64,000 nt of DNA from Candidatus Amesbacteria bacterium RIFCSPLOWO2_01_FULL_48_25 (GTDB taxonomy: Bacteria; Patescibacteriota; Microgenomatia; CAZETR01; Amesbacteraceae), in the NCBI GenBank assembly GCA_001773695.1, contig MEXN01000007.1, forward strand, positions 115,204-179,203. Reading direction: 5' to 3'. The notes under the pieces are model-generated. The model was not told where the DNA came from and did no database searches. It was given only the letters and a program-made list of their open reading frames with translations. Made by a program: the position numbers and the translations under genes. This document shows positions 8,400 through 18,365 of the stretch, piece after piece; the first letter of the stretch is position 1, and every line of letters begins with the position of its first letter.

Positions 8400-10490
8400 G
8401 TGGCGCAGGATTTAGCGACAATTTTGTGGTGGTGGGTAACTTTATTGTTGGTGGGGATAGCAGGTTGGCCATGGTCAAAAAAAATATTTAGGGGTTGGCC
8501 GGACCGTGGTTACTTAATGGCTAAGGCGTTGGGACTGGCAATAGTTACATATGTAATTTGGATCGGGGGAACAATTGGCGTATTTCCATTTATCCAGGCC
8601 TCAACTTGGCTAGTGGTATTGGGGGTGTGGTATTTGGGAAGACGGGTGAGTCGCGGGGAGAAAGGAATAAGTTGGAAGATGATTTTTTGGGAAGAGGGGG
8701 TTTTTTTGGCGGCCTTGATACTTTGGAGTTGGGTAAAGGCACATGAGCCGACGATTAATGGGTTGGAAAAGTTCATGGATTACGGATTTACGAGATCGAT
8801 TTTGCAGGGAAAGTATTTTCCGCCCCTGGATATGTGGTTTGCCGGCAAACCCATCAACTACTATTATTTCGGACACTTGATGATGGCGGCGCTAACCCGG
8901 TTGTCGGGGATGTCACTTGGGTACACTTTTAACTTGATGTTGGCGACTATTTTTGCCATGTGCCTAACCCAGTCGTATGCTATTGGTCGACAGCTTTTGA
9001 ATAAGCTGCCCATAGCATGGGCCATTGGAGGAGCATTGCTAATTGCGTATCTGGTAACACTGGCTGGCAACCTGCACACGATTTATGCCTTTACGTCAGG
9101 GTATGCCGGGCGGGAAGATAATCCCCCGCCATTTTGGGATTTGGAGTTTACATCTGAGGTGGGAAAAAACTACTGGTACCCCAATGCCACCCGGTTTATC
9201 CCGTGGACGATCCACGAATTTCCCAGTTACTCGTTTGTGGTATCGGATGTGCATGGGCACGTGTTGAGTATCCCCCTGGCTTTGTTGGCTATTGCCCTGT
9301 TGGTGAACATGTTTGGCCGGTTGCGGGAAGAAATAAATTGGAAGGAATACGGTTTGTATGGCTGGATCTCGGGCCTCATGTTTATGACGAATGCGCTGGA
9401 TGGAATTATATATGCCGGGCTATTCGCTGTACTGCTCATCGCCCGAAATTTACAATTTTCAATTTCCAATTCACAATTAATTTCTAAATTTCTAAATTTT
9501 CAATTTTTCAAACCGCTGATAGTCGTTGGGATGGTGTTTGCGGTGACAATATCGCCGTTTGTGGCCAGGTTCGAGCCGTTTGTGTCGGGGGTGGCGGTAA
9601 ATTGTCCGCCGGAACAGTTGGCTAACTCAAAAATAGGACCTATAATTTTCGAGGGGGCAGAGAAGTGTCAAAAATCTCCCCTGTGGATGATGTTGGTTTT
9701 GTGGGGGTTTTTCGTCTATTGCGGCTGGTGGTATATAGCTGGAGCCAGAGAAAAGGAATTGTCTGTTGAATCGAAGTTGTTGGGAGCATTTCTGGTGTTT
9801 TCGCTACTGTTAATAACATTTCCGGAGTTTTTTTACTTTAAAGATATTTACCCGTTGCATTTTCGCAGCAACACCATGTTCAAGCTGGGATACCAGGCGT
9901 TTATGCTGTCGGGAATAGCTTCGGGGTATGCCATAACTTACGAGCTATGGCGCAAAAAGCGGGTGGTGTGGCTAACGGGAGCGGTGATATTGGCGTTACT
10001 CGTGATGATTTATCCCAAATTCGCAGTCAACTCATACTTTGGAAACTTAAAAACCTACCAATCAATCTGGGGGTTGGGGTGGTTGTCTTCCCGCTATCCT
10101 GACGACGCCCAGGCCATCGAATGGCTGGAAAAAACGTTGCCGGTGGGGGAACAACCGGTGGTATTGGAAGCAAATGGAGATAGCTACACAGATTTCAACC
10201 GAATATCGGCATTTTCCGGTTTGCCGACTGTGGCTGGGTGGACGGTGCACGAATGGTTGTGGAGGGGGGGGTATGAGCCGATTGCTCTGAGAGCGGAAGA
10301 GGTAAAAAGAGTGTACGAGTCCATCGACATAGAGGAGACTAAGCTACTCCTTAATAAATATGACGTGAGATATATCGTGGTGGGATCAATGGAAAGGCAG
10401 AAATATCCCCAGCTGGACGAAGAAAAGATTAAAAAACTGGGAAGCACGGTGTTTACTACTAATACTTTGGTGATTTACCAAGTTATTTGA
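8400..10490 (+). CDS. Large polytopic membrane protein (~700 aa) with a big extracytoplasmic C-terminal domain; DUF2298/AftD-like candidate glycan polymerase/transferase.
   Basis: The ORF track opens at 8232 but overlaps the minus-strand gene. A TATAAT at ~8385 followed by GTG at 8400 suggests the later start. Contains the motif PINYYYFGH and 12+ TM helices. Confidence 0.45.
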   Translation: MAQDLATILWWWVTLLLVGIAGWPWSKKIFRGWPDRGYLMAKALGLAIVTYVIWIGGTIGVFPFIQASTWLVVLGVWYLGRRVSRGEKGISWKMIFWEEGVFLAALILWSWVKAHEPTINGLEKFMDYGFTRSILQGKYFPPLDMWFAGKPINYYYFGHLMMAALTRLSGMSLGYTFNLMLATIFAMCLTQSYAIGRQLLNKLPIAWAIGGALLIAYLVTLAGNLHTIYAFTSGYAGREDNPPPFWDLEFTSEVGKNYWYPNATRFIPWTIHEFPSYSFVVSDVHGHVLSIPLALLAIALLVNMFGRLREEINWKEYGLYGWISGLMFMTNALDGIIYAGLFAVLLIARNLQFSISNSQLISKFLNFQFFKPLIVVGMVFAVTISPFVARFEPFVSGVAVNCPPEQLANSKIGPIIFEGAEKCQKSPLWMMLVLWGFFVYCGWWYIAGAREKELSVESKLLGAFLVFSLLLITFPEFFYFKDIYPLHFRSNTMFKLGYQAFMLSGIASGYAITYELWRKKRVVWLTGAVILALLVMIYPKFAVNSYFGNLKTYQSIWGLGWLSSRYPDDAQAIEWLEKTLPVGEQPVVLEANGDSYTDFNRISAFSGLPTVAGWTVHEWLWRGGYEPIALRAEEVKRVYESIDIEETKLLLNKYDVRYIVVGSMERQKYPQLDEEKIKKLGSTVFTTNTLVIYQVI
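9453..9512. repeat. AT-rich CAATTT/AAATTT in-frame insertion (encodes NLQFSISNSQLISKFLNFQFFK) inside the membrane-protein gene.
   Basis: Sequence aaatttacaattttcaatttccaattcacaattaatttctaaatttctaaattttcaatttttcaaa. The 24-mer aatttacaattttcaatttccaat is identical at 59471-59494. Confidence 0.7.
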
Positions 10491-11535
10491 GAAGGCTGGA
10501 CACAAAGTCGTATATGGCGTGGGGGTCGTCGCCCTTGGGGACCAGGACCCATTGATTATCGTACTTGGGAGAAACCGGCGGGTGATAAATGTGGTCCGGT
10601 TCAATAAGAGCAGTGGTGGTTTGGGGATTTTTCCGGGCGGATATAGCTAGTCTGCTCAAGGCTATGTATTGGTCACTAGTAATGTCTGTCGTAGTTTGGG
10701 TAAGAAGGATGGTGGCAATTTGGCGGTAGACGGCTGGCTTTGTAAGAATACCTTGGGAGAAGAGTTTGGCCTTGATCGCAGAGATAACTTGGCTTTGGCG
10801 GCGGGAGCGGGCGAAGTCGGTGCCTTCGGTAAGATCGGCAGAATAGCGGGAGCGGACATATTTGAGGGCGGTGCTGCCATCCATGTGTAGAAGACCTTGA
10901 TCAAAAGAGATCGTTTCGTAACGACACTTATAATCAACATCTCCTTCGCACAAATCAGTTTCACGTCCAGCTATGGGATAGCGGTCGTCAACGAAAGATT
11001 TTTCTATTTGGACATTTATACCGCCTAAAGTGTCTATAATTTGAGCGAATGTGGCGAAATCAAAAACGACGGCGAAATCTACAGGTTCACCTAATATTTC
11101 TGAGACTGATGATTTGGCCAGGAGCAGCCCGCCTGATGTCCCGGCTTTGACTCGGCCGTAGTGATAGGTGGAATTAATCTTGGCTCGCATTGAGGGAACC
11201 CATAAATCGCGGGGAATAGAAAGCATGACGGTGGGCTGGCGGTAGCGGGAAACCGACAAAAAGATTATGGAGTCGGTAAGATCCGACCCCTGGTGATTTT
11301 CCCCACCAATTCCCAGGATAAGAAAGTTGGTCCGGCCGGCGTGATTGGGAATAGAACTGGAGGCGACGGCACGAATTAGCTGGTAAGTGAGGTTGGCGGG
11401 AGCGCGCAGGACAAAAACTGTCCCAGTTATCAGCACAATTGCGACTACTAGCAACAGCGCCCTGGCCAAATAGACCCGGGAGAGTAATTGGCGTTTGATC
11501 CGATTGAAGAATGAAGAGAGTCTGGTAAGCTGCAT
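10483..11535 (-). CDS. LytR-CpsA-Psr (LCP) family cell-envelope glycopolymer transferase.
   Basis: N-terminal TM anchor, then NFLILGIGGENHQGSDLTDSIIFLSVS and SIPRDLWV motifs characteristic of LCP. Confidence 0.85.
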   Translation of the reverse strand: MQLTRLSSFFNRIKRQLLSRVYLARALLLVVAIVLITGTVFVLRAPANLTYQLIRAVASSSIPNHAGRTNFLILGIGGENHQGSDLTDSIIFLSVSRYRQPTVMLSIPRDLWVPSMRAKINSTYHYGRVKAGTSGGLLLAKSSVSEILGEPVDFAVVFDFATFAQIIDTLGGINVQIEKSFVDDRYPIAGRETDLCEGDVDYKCRYETISFDQGLLHMDGSTALKYVRSRYSADLTEGTDFARSRRQSQVISAIKAKLFSQGILTKPAVYRQIATILLTQTTTDITSDQYIALSRLAISARKNPQTTTALIEPDHIYHPPVSPKYDNQWVLVPKGDDPHAIYDFVSSLLK

Positions 11536-11537
11536 TA

Positions 11538-13388
11538 GTGGATATTTTGAAGAGCCTAAATCCCCAACAACAAAAAGCGGTGGCTTTCAGTGAGGGGCCC
11601 TTGCTTATTTTAGCAGGAGCGGGAAGTGGAAAGACAAAGGTATTGACTCACCGAGTGGCATATCTCGTTCGCAATAAAAACGTGAGACCTGAAAATATTT
11701 TGCTTTTGACGTTTACAAATAAGGCGGCCGGGGAAATGATGAAGAGGATAATGGGCTTGTTGGGGGCGGAATTTAGAGGATATGGTGGGACTTTTCATAG
11801 TTTTTGTGCCAAGATTTTACGAAAATACGCTGGTTGGGCTCGATTGGATCCCAACTTTGTGATTTTTGACGAGGCGGACCAACTAGACACGGTAAAGCAG
11901 GCCATGGTAGCTGTGGGAGTGGATATAAAATCGGTCAGGCCGGGGTCGGTACTGGGAGCTATATCGGGCGCCAAAAACGAACTAATAACTCCGGCCGAAT
12001 ATGCCGGTTTTGCCAGAGGAAACTTTTCCCAAACTGTAGCCCGAGTATATTTGGCTTACCAACAGTTGCTTCGGCGATATAAAGCTTTGGATTTTGATGA
12101 CTTGTTGGTAGAAACAGTCAGGCTGTTGCAAATCGAGCCGGAGGTGAGGGAGAAATTAGAGGAAAATTTCAAGTTTATATTAGTAGACGAATATCAAGAT
12201 ACGAATAAGGCGCAGTATGAAATTACGAAAGTGCTCTCTAAAAAACACGGGAACTTGACTGTTGTCGGAGACGCGGCACAGGCGATTTACTCGTGGCGGG
12301 GGGCAAATTATCGAAACCTATTGTATCTTAAACAAGACTTCCCCACTCTCACGACTCTAAATTTGGAGCAAAACTACCGGTCTACCCAGATAATTTTATC
12401 GGCAGCCAATGAAGTGGTATCTAAAAACAAAAATCATCCTATATTGAACTTGTGGACGGATAGAGGTGGAGGAGAAAAAGTAACTTTTTACGAGGCAGAG
12501 AGTGAGTACGATGAAGCCCAATTTGTCATAGGACAAATTGCAACAACCAAATATTCGGAATTTGCGGTGCTATACCGGACAAATGCGCAGTCGCGGGTGT
12601 TGGAGGAGGCGTTTTTGCATTCAGGGATCCCTTACTCACTGGTTGGGGGGGTGAGATTTTACGAAAGAAAAGAGATAAAGGACGTGATTGCGTATTTGCG
12701 TTTGGTTTTAAACCCCGAGGATGAAATTTCCAGGAAGAGGGCAGAAAAATTGGGAAAGGGCAGACTACAGAAATTTACAAATTCCAATTTACAATTTTCA
12801 AATAAACTTACCTTGGACATTTTGGATGAGGTGTTGAAAATTACGGGATATTTGGAACAATTTGATGAAATGAATGAGGAAGACGCGGCCAGATTGGAAA
12901 ACATAAAAGAGCTGCGAAGCGTGGCGCAGGAATTTCCTAAATTGCCTGAACTTTTAGAACAGATTGCACTAACCGAAAAAGAAGCGTCTAGGAGTCAGCG
13001 TCTAGCGTCTAGCGGAGAAGGGGCTGTAACTCTGATGACACTACACGCGGCGAAGGGGCTGGAGTTTAAACGTGTGTTTATGGTGGGAATGGAGGAAGGG
13101 TTATTCCCCCACTCCAGATCGCTTATGGATCCCGAACAAATGGAGGAGGAACGACGCTTGTGTTATGTGGGGATGACCCGGGCGATGGATAACTTGTATC
13201 TGACTTACGCCCGGAGGAGGTTATATTTCGGGTCGCGATCCAATAATCCGGTGTCTCGGTTTTTGGCGGATATTCCGGAGGAGTTAATCGAAGTTAACCA
13301 AGAGATTAAGAAGGCTAAGAGATTAAGCTTGGAGCAAAATTGGGGTTTTGATGAAGAGGGAAATTGGCAGTGGACGCCAGACGATTAA
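11538..13388 (+). CDS. pcrA: UvrD/PcrA/Rep-family ATP-dependent DNA helicase.
   Basis: Walker A GPLLILAGAGSGKTKVLT, helicase motifs TFH, VDEYQDT, LEQNYRST, and a C-terminal domain. Carries in-frame AT-rich (12771-12810) and AGAGATTAAG (13302-13333) insertions. Confidence 0.85.
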   Translation: MDILKSLNPQQQKAVAFSEGPLLILAGAGSGKTKVLTHRVAYLVRNKNVRPENILLLTFTNKAAGEMMKRIMGLLGAEFRGYGGTFHSFCAKILRKYAGWARLDPNFVIFDEADQLDTVKQAMVAVGVDIKSVRPGSVLGAISGAKNELITPAEYAGFARGNFSQTVARVYLAYQQLLRRYKALDFDDLLVETVRLLQIEPEVREKLEENFKFILVDEYQDTNKAQYEITKVLSKKHGNLTVVGDAAQAIYSWRGANYRNLLYLKQDFPTLTTLNLEQNYRSTQIILSAANEVVSKNKNHPILNLWTDRGGGEKVTFYEAESEYDEAQFVIGQIATTKYSEFAVLYRTNAQSRVLEEAFLHSGIPYSLVGGVRFYERKEIKDVIAYLRLVLNPEDEISRKRAEKLGKGRLQKFTNSNLQFSNKLTLDILDEVLKITGYLEQFDEMNEEDAARLENIKELRSVAQEFPKLPELLEQIALTEKEASRSQRLASSGEGAVTLMTLHAAKGLEFKRVFMVGMEEGLFPHSRSLMDPEQMEEERRLCYVGMTRAMDNLYLTYARRRLYFGSRSNNPVSRFLADIPEELIEVNQEIKKAKRLSLEQNWGFDEEGNWQWTPDD

Positions 13389-13401
13389 GTATAATTGGAA
13401 T

Positions 13402-14295
13402 ATGAATAGCGATGATTGGAACAAAAATGCTGGGCATCCGATGCAATCTTTCGAGTGGGGGGAGTTTAGGGAGAAGGTGGGGAATAAAATATCGAGGGTT
13501 GTCGGTGACAAGCAATATCAGATAATTTGGAGTCGGATTAAGCCTTTTGATTTGTGGTTTGGATATTGCCCGATGTCTGGGATGCCGAATGAGAAAGATA
13601 TTAAGATACTAAGAGATGAAGCGATTAAGAATAATGGGCTCGGGATAAGATTTGAGCCTAATGAGATGAAGGGCGCGAAAATACCGGAAAGGATGGTGTC
13701 GGGAAGACATTTATTTAAGCCCAAGACTTTTCAGATAGATTTGACCTTGGGTGAAGATGAATTATTAAATAGAATGCATCCGAAGTGTAGATATAATATT
13801 CGGCTGGCACAAAAGCACGGAGTAAAAATTGGGGAAGGAGATATAGAAAGTTATGTGAAATTGATATTTGGAAAGACAGTAAAAAGACAAAAAATTTATT
13901 CACACTCGGAAAAATATCATTGGGAATTGGCACAGCTGGGATGGGTTCATTTGTTTAAGGCAGAATATAAAAATAAAGTGATTGCGAGCTGGATGGTTTT
14001 TGCCTGGAAAAATTTTGTTTACTATGCATATGGTGCATTCGATGATGACTACAAAAACTTGATGGCACCTGTTTTGGGTCTTTGGGAAATAATTAGGTGG
14101 GGAAAAAGAGAAGGATTCAAAACTCTGGATTTGTGGGGGGCCGAAGAGGGGCGCGGATTTAGCAGGTTTAAACAGCAGTTCGGACCAGAACTGGTAGAAA
14201 TGGTCGGAACGTATGATTTACCAATTAATTTTTTGCATTGGCCGTTTAGAATGGCGGAGGAAATAAGATGGAAGATCTTGCGGATATTGAAGTAG
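13402..14295 (+). CDS. FemAB/FemX-family aminoacyl-tRNA-dependent peptidyltransferase (peptidoglycan interpeptide bridge).
   Basis: HPKCRYNIRLAQKHGV (FemABX RYNIRKA motif); ~300 aa; start taken at MNSDDW (13402) directly after the pcrA stop. Confidence 0.65.
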   Translation: MNSDDWNKNAGHPMQSFEWGEFREKVGNKISRVVGDKQYQIIWSRIKPFDLWFGYCPMSGMPNEKDIKILRDEAIKNNGLGIRFEPNEMKGAKIPERMVSGRHLFKPKTFQIDLTLGEDELLNRMHPKCRYNIRLAQKHGVKIGEGDIESYVKLIFGKTVKRQKIYSHSEKYHWELAQLGWVHLFKAEYKNKVIASWMVFAWKNFVYYAYGAFDDDYKNLMAPVLGLWEIIRWGKREGFKTLDLWGAEEGRGFSRFKQQFGPELVEMVGTYDLPINFLHWPFRMAEEIRWKILRILK

Positions 14296-15080
14296 AGGAC
14301 GTGAGGCAGAGCATAGAATACGGCCGATATATTGAGAAAATCGGGTGGAGAGTGGAGAGTGGTATTTTTTTACGAAAGTTGGGGCCGGTGACAATTGCGA
14401 AGATACAAAGAAGGGATCTGCCGCCAGGTTGGGAAAAGATTTTAAAAAGAAACCGAGTTGTGATGTGTAAATATGAGCCATTGAGGACGCCTGTTGGGTG
14501 GAGACAGGATAACTGGCCGTTGTTGGGAACAAAGACGTTGAGAGTTGACTTAAGGCCAAGTGAAGAAAAAATATTTAATTCGTTTAAAAAGGACTGCAGA
14601 TACATCGTGCGGAAATTACAAGATACAACCCGCCTGCCGGACGGGCAGGGATACAAGATACAAACAGATGATTTTGAGGGATTTTATGAGATTTGGAGAA
14701 AATCGGCAAAAAGAAAGCATTTATGGATTCCGGGTAAAAAAGAGTTTGATTTTTTGGTTGACAGTTTTGGAGAAAAGTGTTTTTGTGCGACCATAAACGG
14801 TGAAGCCGGGGCGGTTATTTTGACGCATGAGAAAACGGCGTTTTATTATTACGCAGGGGCGACGGAAGAGGGAAACAGAATGAATTTGCCATATTTAGTG
14901 GTGTGGGAGGCTATGAAGGAAGCTAAAAGGCGGGGTATGAAAGTTTGGGATTTTGAAGGAATATACGATTCCAGATGGCCAAACAAAGGATGGTTGGGAT
15001 TTTCCCATTTTAAGAAAAGCTTTGGGGGAGTGGAAGTGGAATACCCGGGGTGTTTTACTAGATGGCAGGTACCGTTTTAG
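14268..15080 (+). CDS. Second FemAB/FemX-family peptidyltransferase (tandem paralog).
   Basis: FKKDCRYIVRKLQD motif and the same domain layout as the upstream gene; 28-nt overlap with it. Confidence 0.65.
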   Translation: MEDLADIEVEDVRQSIEYGRYIEKIGWRVESGIFLRKLGPVTIAKIQRRDLPPGWEKILKRNRVVMCKYEPLRTPVGWRQDNWPLLGTKTLRVDLRPSEEKIFNSFKKDCRYIVRKLQDTTRLPDGQGYKIQTDDFEGFYEIWRKSAKRKHLWIPGKKEFDFLVDSFGEKCFCATINGEAGAVILTHEKTAFYYYAGATEEGNRMNLPYLVVWEAMKEAKRRGMKVWDFEGIYDSRWPNKGWLGFSHFKKSFGGVEVEYPGCFTRWQVPF

Positions 15081-15427
15081 AATTTAAAAAAATACACCAC
15101 TTCTTTAAAAACAAGGACTAACAGAAGTTGGGCAGCAGAGAAGAAAAGCAGACCGAGGAAGGCTGTTCCCGCGGGGCCATTGTAGCTTTTGATTAGGCCG
15201 GTCTTTTTTTGGCTGAGAGTTAGATTTATTTTGCCGGGCCAAATACGAAAAGTGAAAAGAGGATCTCGGGGCAGGAAGGTAATGGTCGAGCCTGGGTTAA
15301 TGCTGCGCATGAAATGAAGCGAGTGAAAGGCCAAATATAATATTGGGATCCCCGTCAATAGGGTTCGGAGCGGGTGCTCAAGTGGCGAAACTGTGATTAA
15401 TTCGTAGGCCGTCGGGAAAGGAATCAT
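15077..15427 (-). CDS. Small membrane protein (bacterial PH-domain-like?), unknown function.
   Basis: 116 aa, two hydrophobic segments; no motif. Confidence 0.3.
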   Translation of the reverse strand: MIPFPTAYELITVSPLEHPLRTLLTGIPILYLAFHSLHFMRSINPGSTITFLPRDPLFTFRIWPGKINLTLSQKKTGLIKSYNGPAGTAFLGLLFFSAAQLLLVLVFKEVVYFFKF

Positions 15428-15449
15428 GTTTTTTTAATGATGCCGTTAT

Positions 15450-18287
15450 TTACTGGGCGTTGTCAACTTGAGCGTAATCACAGAGGATTTTGTAGTCGCA
15501 GATACGACAGAGTTGGGAACCGGAGCAGTGGAAGTCCGAGCGGGAGATTTGGTCCGCATAAGACATGATCTGTTGTTTGGCTTCTTCCAGCTGAGTGGAG
15601 GTTCTGGTGGTGGAAATTTTTTTCTGCTGGTCAAAAAAATATAAACTCAACAAAACATCCTCTGGTTTACGATTGAAGGGGGGTTCACGAAGAAGTGTGG
15701 CAACAAGAGCGTAAAAAGAAAGCTGGAGATCTTTGTCCGCGTCTTTTTGAGTGGGAAGCGTGACGCTAGTTTTGTAGTCTATTATTTCTATTTTACCGTT
15801 GGGGAGAAGATCCACGCGATCTATTTTGCCGCCGATTTTAAGAAAGACCTGCCTGCCGGCAGGCAGGGGTACAATAAAAGGCTCTTCTAGTTTTATCGGC
15901 AAGTGCTTGGGGTCAAAGTTTTTTTCAAGATATTCGGTCAAATATTTTTGGCCCCGATCAAAATAGGCCTGCTCGTGTTTTTTTGAGGTATAGCCTTCTG
16001 AGGACCAATTTTTCTTTAATAAGTCCAAGACGTCGGTCTGGCCTTTGTTGGTGAAGAATTCTTTTAGTGTGGCGTGGATGGTGTTACCGAAGGAAGAAGC
16101 GGCAGAAGTGGGAGTGGGGATTTTTAAAATATATTTGGCTTTATAGTGCAAGGGGCAATCTAAAAACGTCTGGATTTGGGAATAGCTTAAATAGGTTATT
16201 GGGATAGGCTTCCCGCCTGCAACGCTTTGCGTAGCAATGCGGGCAGGTTGCCAGTCTAATAATGAGGGTTGAATGGCTGGATGTGCTGATGACTGGATGG
16301 GGCCGAGGGTTTCGGCGATGAAGGGGGAGAGTTTCTTGATCCGCTTGCCTTCGCCATAAAAATCCGCAGCAGTAAGAAAGAGAAGATCTTTGGCACGGGT
16401 GAGGCCAACATAAAAGAGGCGACGCTCTTCCTGCAAATGAGAGTCCCCTTCCGGCAATATTTCTTTTATAAGTGCGTCGGGAATGGGAATGGGTTCGGAG
16501 CGGGAGCGGGAAGGAAAACGATCAACAACTAGATTAACCAAAAAGACAACCGGGAACTCCAGACCCTTGGCCGAATGAACCGTTAAAATATTGACAGCGT
16601 CGTTTTGACCCCAATCGACTTCGGCGGCCTGAGGAGATTCGCCCATATCGGAGGAGAGATTGAGCCAATCAACAATGGTGTGAACTGAGGCGTCGGAATT
16701 TTGAGTTTCGAAGGATTTTAGCTTGTTAAAAAATTTCATGATATTTTGAGCTTTGATTTCGTCGATGGGGGTTCGATAGTCAAGTATGGCTTTAAGTAGG
16801 CCCGATTTTTCTAGAAAATCGTAAAGAATTTGCCCGGCGGTTTCTTTGGGAACAAGGTGCAAATGCCGGTCAATTAAATCGACTAGAAGTTTAACCGAAG
16901 GCAAATCCGACTGTTCACTGGCGGCAAACAACGATAAGTTCTGTTTTCGGGCGAGGTTTGTGATTACGGCCAGGTCGCGGGCGGGAATACTAAAAAATTC
17001 CATGGCCAAGACACGATAGAATGAAACGTTGTCCTCAAAGTTGTAGAGGACTTTTAAATAGGCAATAAGATCTTTTATTTCTGGCTGGTGGAAAAGACGT
17101 CCTGGGCCAAGAAACTGATGTGGTATTCCATGATGAGATAGGGCACGGACGAAAGGTTCGGCGTGGGCATTAGCACGCACAAGGATTGCAAAGTCTTTAG
17201 CTGTTAGCTTTGAGTCGTTAGTCAGAATCTCCTTAATTTTCTTGGCGACGGCGTCGGCTTCGGACTCGACGCGGTCGAAATGAAGTAATTCTATTTTTTC
17301 ACCTTTGATTTTTCGGACAGAAGTTAATTTTTTGTCGATTTTTTCTTTGACCTCTAACCGATCCGGGTTGTTGTTTTGGATAAGAGTGTGGGCTTTGTCG
17401 AGAATACCTTGGGTCGAGCGGTAATTTTGCACAAGAGTAATCAACTTGGCATCGGAATAATTTTTGCGAAATTGAATAACATTGGAAATGGCGGCACCGC
17501 GCCATCTGTAAATCGCCTGGTCGTCATCGGCTACAACCGTCAAGTTGCGGTTGCGGCTGGCTAAGAGATTGATGAGTTGATTTTGGGCGTAATTGGTGTC
17601 TTGAAATTCATCCACTAGTATATATTTGAATTTCTGCTGATATAGTTTGAGGACGCTGGGACGGTCGCGGAAGAGTTTGAGAGAATAGGAAATTAAATCC
17701 GAAAAATCTAATACACCCTCTTTGACTTTAAGATCGGAATAGTCGGAATAAAGCCCGGCCAATTCTTGATAATTTGAGTCCTTTTTTTTGGACCATGCCA
17801 AATATTGGGAAGGACTGACGTCCTCGTCCTGAAGGCGGTTGAAATGCTGGAGAGCAGCTGTCAAAAATTTGGCCGGATTGCCCAGAGGGCGATAGTAATT
17901 AAGATCAAAATCAAAAAGGTGGTTTTTGAGAAGAGAAACGGCGTCGGGAGCGGTAAGAAGCTTGTAATTAGTATCTAGGCCCAGATGCAAGCCTTCTTCG
18001 CGTAAGATGCGATCACAAAATGAATGAAAGGTGCTGACCCACATTTGGGTATAACCGTAAGGCAGAGCGACGTCGATACGTTCCTGCATCTGTCCAGCCG
18101 CTTTTTCAGTGAATGTGAGGCATAATATTTCGGAAGGTTGGGCGAGACCTTGGGCTATGAGCCATTTAACGCGCTCGGTGACGACTGTGGTTTTGCCTGT
18201 CCCCGCACCGGCTATTATCAGAAGCGGGCCGGAGCTGTGAGTTACGGCTTCGAGTTGCTGTTTATTGAGGGTTTTTTCTTCGGACAT
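15450..18287 (-). CDS. UvrD-type helicase fused to a C-terminal PD-(D/E)XK RecB-like nuclease with a Cys4 cluster (AddB/Cas4-like).
   Basis: Walker A GPLLIIAGAGTGKTTV, YRWRGA, and a C-terminal ...CSGSQLCRICDYKILC four-cysteine motif after a nuclease-like region. ATG at 18287 is preceded by GAGGTGAGG (12-nt spacing). Confidence 0.75.
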   Translation of the reverse strand: MSEEKTLNKQQLEAVTHSSGPLLIIAGAGTGKTTVVTERVKWLIAQGLAQPSEILCLTFTEKAAGQMQERIDVALPYGYTQMWVSTFHSFCDRILREEGLHLGLDTNYKLLTAPDAVSLLKNHLFDFDLNYYRPLGNPAKFLTAALQHFNRLQDEDVSPSQYLAWSKKKDSNYQELAGLYSDYSDLKVKEGVLDFSDLISYSLKLFRDRPSVLKLYQQKFKYILVDEFQDTNYAQNQLINLLASRNRNLTVVADDDQAIYRWRGAAISNVIQFRKNYSDAKLITLVQNYRSTQGILDKAHTLIQNNNPDRLEVKEKIDKKLTSVRKIKGEKIELLHFDRVESEADAVAKKIKEILTNDSKLTAKDFAILVRANAHAEPFVRALSHHGIPHQFLGPGRLFHQPEIKDLIAYLKVLYNFEDNVSFYRVLAMEFFSIPARDLAVITNLARKQNLSLFAASEQSDLPSVKLLVDLIDRHLHLVPKETAGQILYDFLEKSGLLKAILDYRTPIDEIKAQNIMKFFNKLKSFETQNSDASVHTIVDWLNLSSDMGESPQAAEVDWGQNDAVNILTVHSAKGLEFPVVFLVNLVVDRFPSRSRSEPIPIPDALIKEILPEGDSHLQEERRLFYVGLTRAKDLLFLTAADFYGEGKRIKKLSPFIAETLGPIQSSAHPAIQPSLLDWQPARIATQSVAGGKPIPITYLSYSQIQTFLDCPLHYKAKYILKIPTPTSAASSFGNTIHATLKEFFTNKGQTDVLDLLKKNWSSEGYTSKKHEQAYFDRGQKYLTEYLEKNFDPKHLPIKLEEPFIVPLPAGRQVFLKIGGKIDRVDLLPNGKIEIIDYKTSVTLPTQKDADKDLQLSFYALVATLLREPPFNRKPEDVLLSLYFFDQQKKISTTRTSTQLEEAKQQIMSYADQISRSDFHCSGSQLCRICDYKILCDYAQVDNAQ

Positions 18288-18299
18288 GTCCCAATAATA

Positions 18300-18353
18300 C
18301 CTCACCTCTAACCCCTCTCCTAAATTTAGGAGAGGGGAACCAAAGGGGTGAGG
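18300..18353. repeat. GC-rich nested inverted-repeat element (copy R1): CCTCACC-tctaa-CCCCTCTCCT-aaattt-AGGAGAGGGG-aaccaaa-GGGGTGAGG. It sits in the divergent helicase/rnhB spacer and supplies a Shine-Dalgarno sequence to both genes.
   Basis: Both arm pairs read directly. GGGGTGAGG lies 12 nt before the rnhB ATG, and its complement GAGGTGAGG lies 12 nt before the helicase ATG. Confidence 0.7.
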
Positions 18354-18365
18354 TAAAATCGCGGT

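Noticed and set aside
9453-9512. Possible CRISPR array, suggested by the repeated AATTT/CAATTT blocks.
   Set aside because: The repeats are not regularly spaced direct repeats separated by unique spacers. They are short, lie inside ORFs and are translated in frame. No cas genes are nearby.
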